Shown here in pieces: positions 63,515 through 64,000 of a stretch of DNA of 64,000 bases (the first letter of the stretch is position 1; each line of letters begins with the position of its first letter). The stretch covers positions 7,806 to 71,805 of the forward strand of contig JAFABC010000086.1 in assembly GCA_023426275.1 (NCBI GenBank), read 5' to 3'. The notes under the pieces are model-generated. The model ran no database searches, was not told the origin of the DNA, and worked only from the letters and a program-made list of their open reading frames with translations. The stretch is from Pseudomonadota bacterium (GTDB lineage: Bacteria > Desulfobacterota > Desulfovibrionia > Desulfovibrionales > Desulfovibrionaceae). Position numbers and translations under genes: made by a program.

Positions 63515-64000
63515 TTACTTCTCCTCTTTAAAAACACACTGATCCTGAATAAGGCGCGGCGAAAACGGGTTTGACCAACTCAAATAATAGGACTTGTTTT
63601 CGAGCATTTTATAGTTGCCATCAAAATATAAATCAAATAGAAGGCGATAGGTATTAACAGGCGTAAAAGAGCCATGCAGATCTAGCTGAACATCAGGAAA
63701 ATAAAAAGCATCAAAAATCGCTTTTCGTTCACAACGATTTGTTTTTTCGTAGGACTCCTGATCAAGTTCAGATCCTGGTCCATGATCGGATTGCAGAATG
63801 ATAATCGGTTTTATCTCCGATTGCGCAAGAATTTCTTTCAGCAATGTGATTATTGATCGTGCGACAAAAACAGCCTGTCTTGCATAAAACCGTTTATAAT
63901 TTTCAATACGTTTTTTGTCGGACTTTGTATAATGCGTTCCATCTCCAATGTAACCGATTTCCATTGGATCATCTGTCGGCAAGCCCTCTTCGTTGAAAAC
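63515..64000 (-). CDS. Alkaline-phosphatase/sulfatase-superfamily protein, C-terminal part; start outside the window
   Basis: PIIILQSDHG and TPVNTYR motifs. Confidence 0.65.
   Translation of the reverse strand, partial: VFNEEGLPTDDPMEIGYIGDGTHYTKSDKKRIENYKRFYARQAVFVARSIITLLKEILAQSEIKPIIILQSDHGPGSELDQESYEKTNRCERKAIFDAFYFPDVQLDLHGSFTPVNTYRLLFDLYFDGNYKMLENKSYYLSWSNPFSPRLIQDQCVFKEEK

Overview
The window looks like a sulfate-reducing deltaproteobacterium, probably Desulfovibrionaceae (inferred from gene content, GC-rich coding and palindromic intergenic repeats). The left half (about 1-32.8 kb) appears to be a stack of islands accreted at a tRNA-Pro(TGG) locus. Two identical 52-bp tRNA-Pro 3'-half copies (6764, 13258) and two eroded copies (~20.8 kb, ~32.7 kb) divide it into four modules. 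Module (i) is AT-rich and holds NO-detoxification and efflux genes (qNOR fragment, flavodiiron protein, IS5 remnant, TetR-MFP-ABC). Module (ii) is a 6.5-kb integrase-less biosynthetic-looking cassette: PLP enzyme, degenerate HATPase-GNAT, PP-loop amidotransferase-like enzyme with an RRE-like N-terminus, ThiF and GNAT. Modules (iii) and (iv) carry two mirror-image sigma54 operons, each encoding a Tat ferredoxin, a YdhV-like aldehyde:ferredoxin oxidoreductase (AOR) and a cobalamin-dependent radical SAM enzyme. These converge on a WtpABC-type tungstate transporter and sit next to an ErcA-like ADH / kinase / sigma54 activator. The right half has an AraC-linked periplasmic arylsulfatase / DUF2092 / DUF1254 / octaheme-TPR cluster, secreted enzymes with similar C-terminal tails, a decayed RsbW/PP2C module, DUF362 Fe-S genes and an AT-rich NoeA-like methyltransferase locus. 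The best candidates for an undescribed system are the AOR + B12-radical-SAM pairing and the att-flanked ThiF/ANH/GNAT cassette. All assignments come from motif recognition by eye; no searches were run.
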